Below, piece after piece: positions 61,592 through 64,000 of a DNA stretch of 64,000 nucleotides. The notes below the pieces were generated by a model. That model had not been told where the DNA came from, ran no database searches, and saw only the letters and a program-made list of their open reading frames with translations. The stretch is taken from assembly GCF_003704095.1 (NCBI RefSeq), contig NW_020843670.1:124001-188000 (forward strand), read 5' to 3'. Source of the stretch: Pocillopora damicornis. Lineage: Eukaryota. A program made the translations under genes and the position numbers. The stretch's first letter is position 1. Each line of letters starts with the position of its first letter.

Positions 61592-64000
61592 AATTTATGA
61601 ACTCAGAGGATGACAATGTTTACTCTTGCGAGGAACTGAAAAATAGAGTGCCAGCTCAAGAAAGATCTGGATAAAATGTTATTTATTAGTGGGACGCTTT
61701 TCGAAAAAAGGAAGAGTCTTGCATCATCAGAATGTTATTTATTTGTACACGGAAAAAGTGAAGTTATACAATAATTATCTATTTATAATAAATACATCTT
61801 TTGATATTCGTTCAAGGACGTTGTTTTTGCTACCTCATGCCAGTTGTGAGCCTTATTTGACTCGAAGATGTAATTGACTGTAATGGATTATTTATCTCTT
61901 AAAATACACCTTGAGAAAAATAGCCATTACGTGTTTTATTTCATCATAAAAAGGAAGCTATTTATGAAGGAAACGACTGTTGTATGACGACAGAATGACA
62001 TTGTAATTGGGATGATATCAGACCATTTCAGCTTCGTCTTAGAACAAACACTTATCAAAACAACTTAGGTACAAAGTAGTTTAAGCACATTAAACAAAAT
62101 CAAAGCACCTTTTTGCCTACTTGACATCGTTGCTAAAACGGGGTAGCCGGTAAATTAAACGTCTTTGGATGCCATCTTGGAGAGATCCGTTCCTCAACGA
62201 TTAAGGAATGCATTAGAGCTATTCAATATAATTGCTTGATGATGAGGTGCAATGATTGACTTTAGCAAATTAGTGGAAGGAAATAAATCAGAAAAATACC
62301 AATTCACTTTACTCCGATTAATTGCGAAAGTCGCTCATAAAATGATTATCCACTGAATCGTTGCTCTGTCGTGTTAATGCGATACCTTCATATATTTCAC
62401 TTGAACTCGTGCTTCTGGCGGCTGTTCATTTTCAGAAATATACGGATAGTTGTTTGCCTTATGATCTGATTGATCATCATTTATATTTTTAAGTATTATA
62501 CGTCCGGTCTTTAAATGTGTTCTACGTGTGATGATGCACAAGCTGATGACGGAAGAAAATAAACACGGGTAAAATAGTCGTCATAGAACACGAGACATGA
62601 TCACATGGCCGCTATCGATTATGTTCTGTGCATTCCAGATAGCAGAAAGCGAGAAAGACGTTTGAAACAAAAATGGATCACTCCATATCTTTCTCACTTT
62701 CCCTCTCAACGCGAAACTCCAACAGAAAAGATGTGGCCTCTTTGCCTTCATTCCCTTGGTCACTGATTGCTTTGTGGGTAAAACCGCAAGAGAAATAAAC
62801 TTTCAGTTGCCATAAAAGACACCCTCTGAGCTGTCCATATCTCGGCAACGACAAACACTTGAAATGTGTGAAATTGTGAGGGATCGGGCGAGAAGTATTT
62901 TTTTGAATGTATTTCTGGTACATAAAATGTGACAATAAATTCCTGATACGTAAATGTTGCAACTTTTGTTCGTGAATTAAAATAATTCCGAAAATTCCAC
63001 TTATCCGGATTGGTAATAATGCAATTAACTAATTCACAATTCCCTATTTCTTGACCGTGGGGCAGATGATAGGAAGATGAAATACTGCAAAGAATTTTAA
63101 ATAATCTTCTCTGCAAACACATTCTAGTGCCTGATAATATAATAATTCAGACACTTGGTTTAATTTCCCCAAAGATGCGAGCTGAGTGTTTGTTGTGTAA
63201 CTGACTTTGACTGCTTCATCCGGAAGATAATAACAACATGCGCTACTATACGAAAGTTTTTTTTATTTCCAGACGGAAACTACTGAGTGTCGATTTGTAA
63301 ACCACATCCTGAACCTTAACGCTGGACTCATGAAATCTTAAAAGCCAAAATCTGGCCCTACAGTATGCCCAAATTTGGTATTATTGTGACAAGCGGACTG
63401 TATTATTCAACTGTTGGAGAGCTACAGGGAGCGCATACTTTCCTCTATCTCAAAGGCGCAAAAAATCTCTGATATGCATCTACTGTAATAGAGCATGCTT
63501 TTTGTCCGAGTTTGCAGTTTATGAGTTCTTTAGAACAGACCGACACTGATAGCTTGAATTTCACTTTGAAGACAATTTCTGGAGGGAACGTATTTGCCTG
63601 AGTCGCCTGATATCTCCGCAGAGGTGTTATGCTCCGTGCTAAGGAGAGGCGTGATAAGAAGATTTGACTGACCTGTATGTTATACTAACCTACACTGCTG
63701 ATCTCTGTTTATCTTGGTCATAACATGTACTCAAACAACACGTTTGCGTAATTCTATTTTAATAGCCCTGTCTGCTAGCTCTGGCATTTTGCCGTCTTTC
63801 GGCTGATGACATATTAAATGGCCATGGCGACTGTTAGTGATTATTTCTTTTACAGGCCCACATCTGTTTTAGTTTAATTCACTCTCTGCAGTTCTTCTTT
63901 TTCATCTCAACTGTAAAGATGTCAAACAAATAAATCAACAAGAGCAATGCGGTTCAGATAACTTTCGGACTCTTTCCGGTCGTACAGTATCAGAACGCCC

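Overview
AT-rich, intron-containing animal genomic DNA. The repeat families and gene content suggest a cnidarian, probably a scleractinian coral; this is inference, not a database match. Three conserved multi-exon + strand genes were rebuilt by hand from splice sites and reading-frame phase: (1) the 3' part of an RPP38-like RNase P/MRP L7Ae-family subunit (57-4011); (2) a complete cortactin (6493-22808, 23 coding exons, about 555 aa), in which every 37-aa repeat is split into 55+56-nt exons and a 16-nt micro-exon is followed by a U12-type (minor spliceosome) intron; (3) an NWD1/NWD2-like DUF4062-NACHT-WD40 STAND NTPase (about 25690/27820-38456, about 1660 aa). The last 25 kb holds only unrecognised genes: an orphan ORF (41027-41524), a head-to-head pair of single-exon coiled-coil ORFs that align without gaps (29/120 identities), and a tandem pair of two-exon genes for small secreted, highly cationic helical peptides that share a Trp motif and intron position. 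The two pairs are the best candidates for undescribed systems. Introns and spacers carry a solo LTR with TSD, several non-autonomous DNA transposons with TIRs and/or TSDs, tRNA-related SINE-like repeats and a decayed LINE fragment. No CRISPR array, rRNA or genuine tRNA gene was seen.
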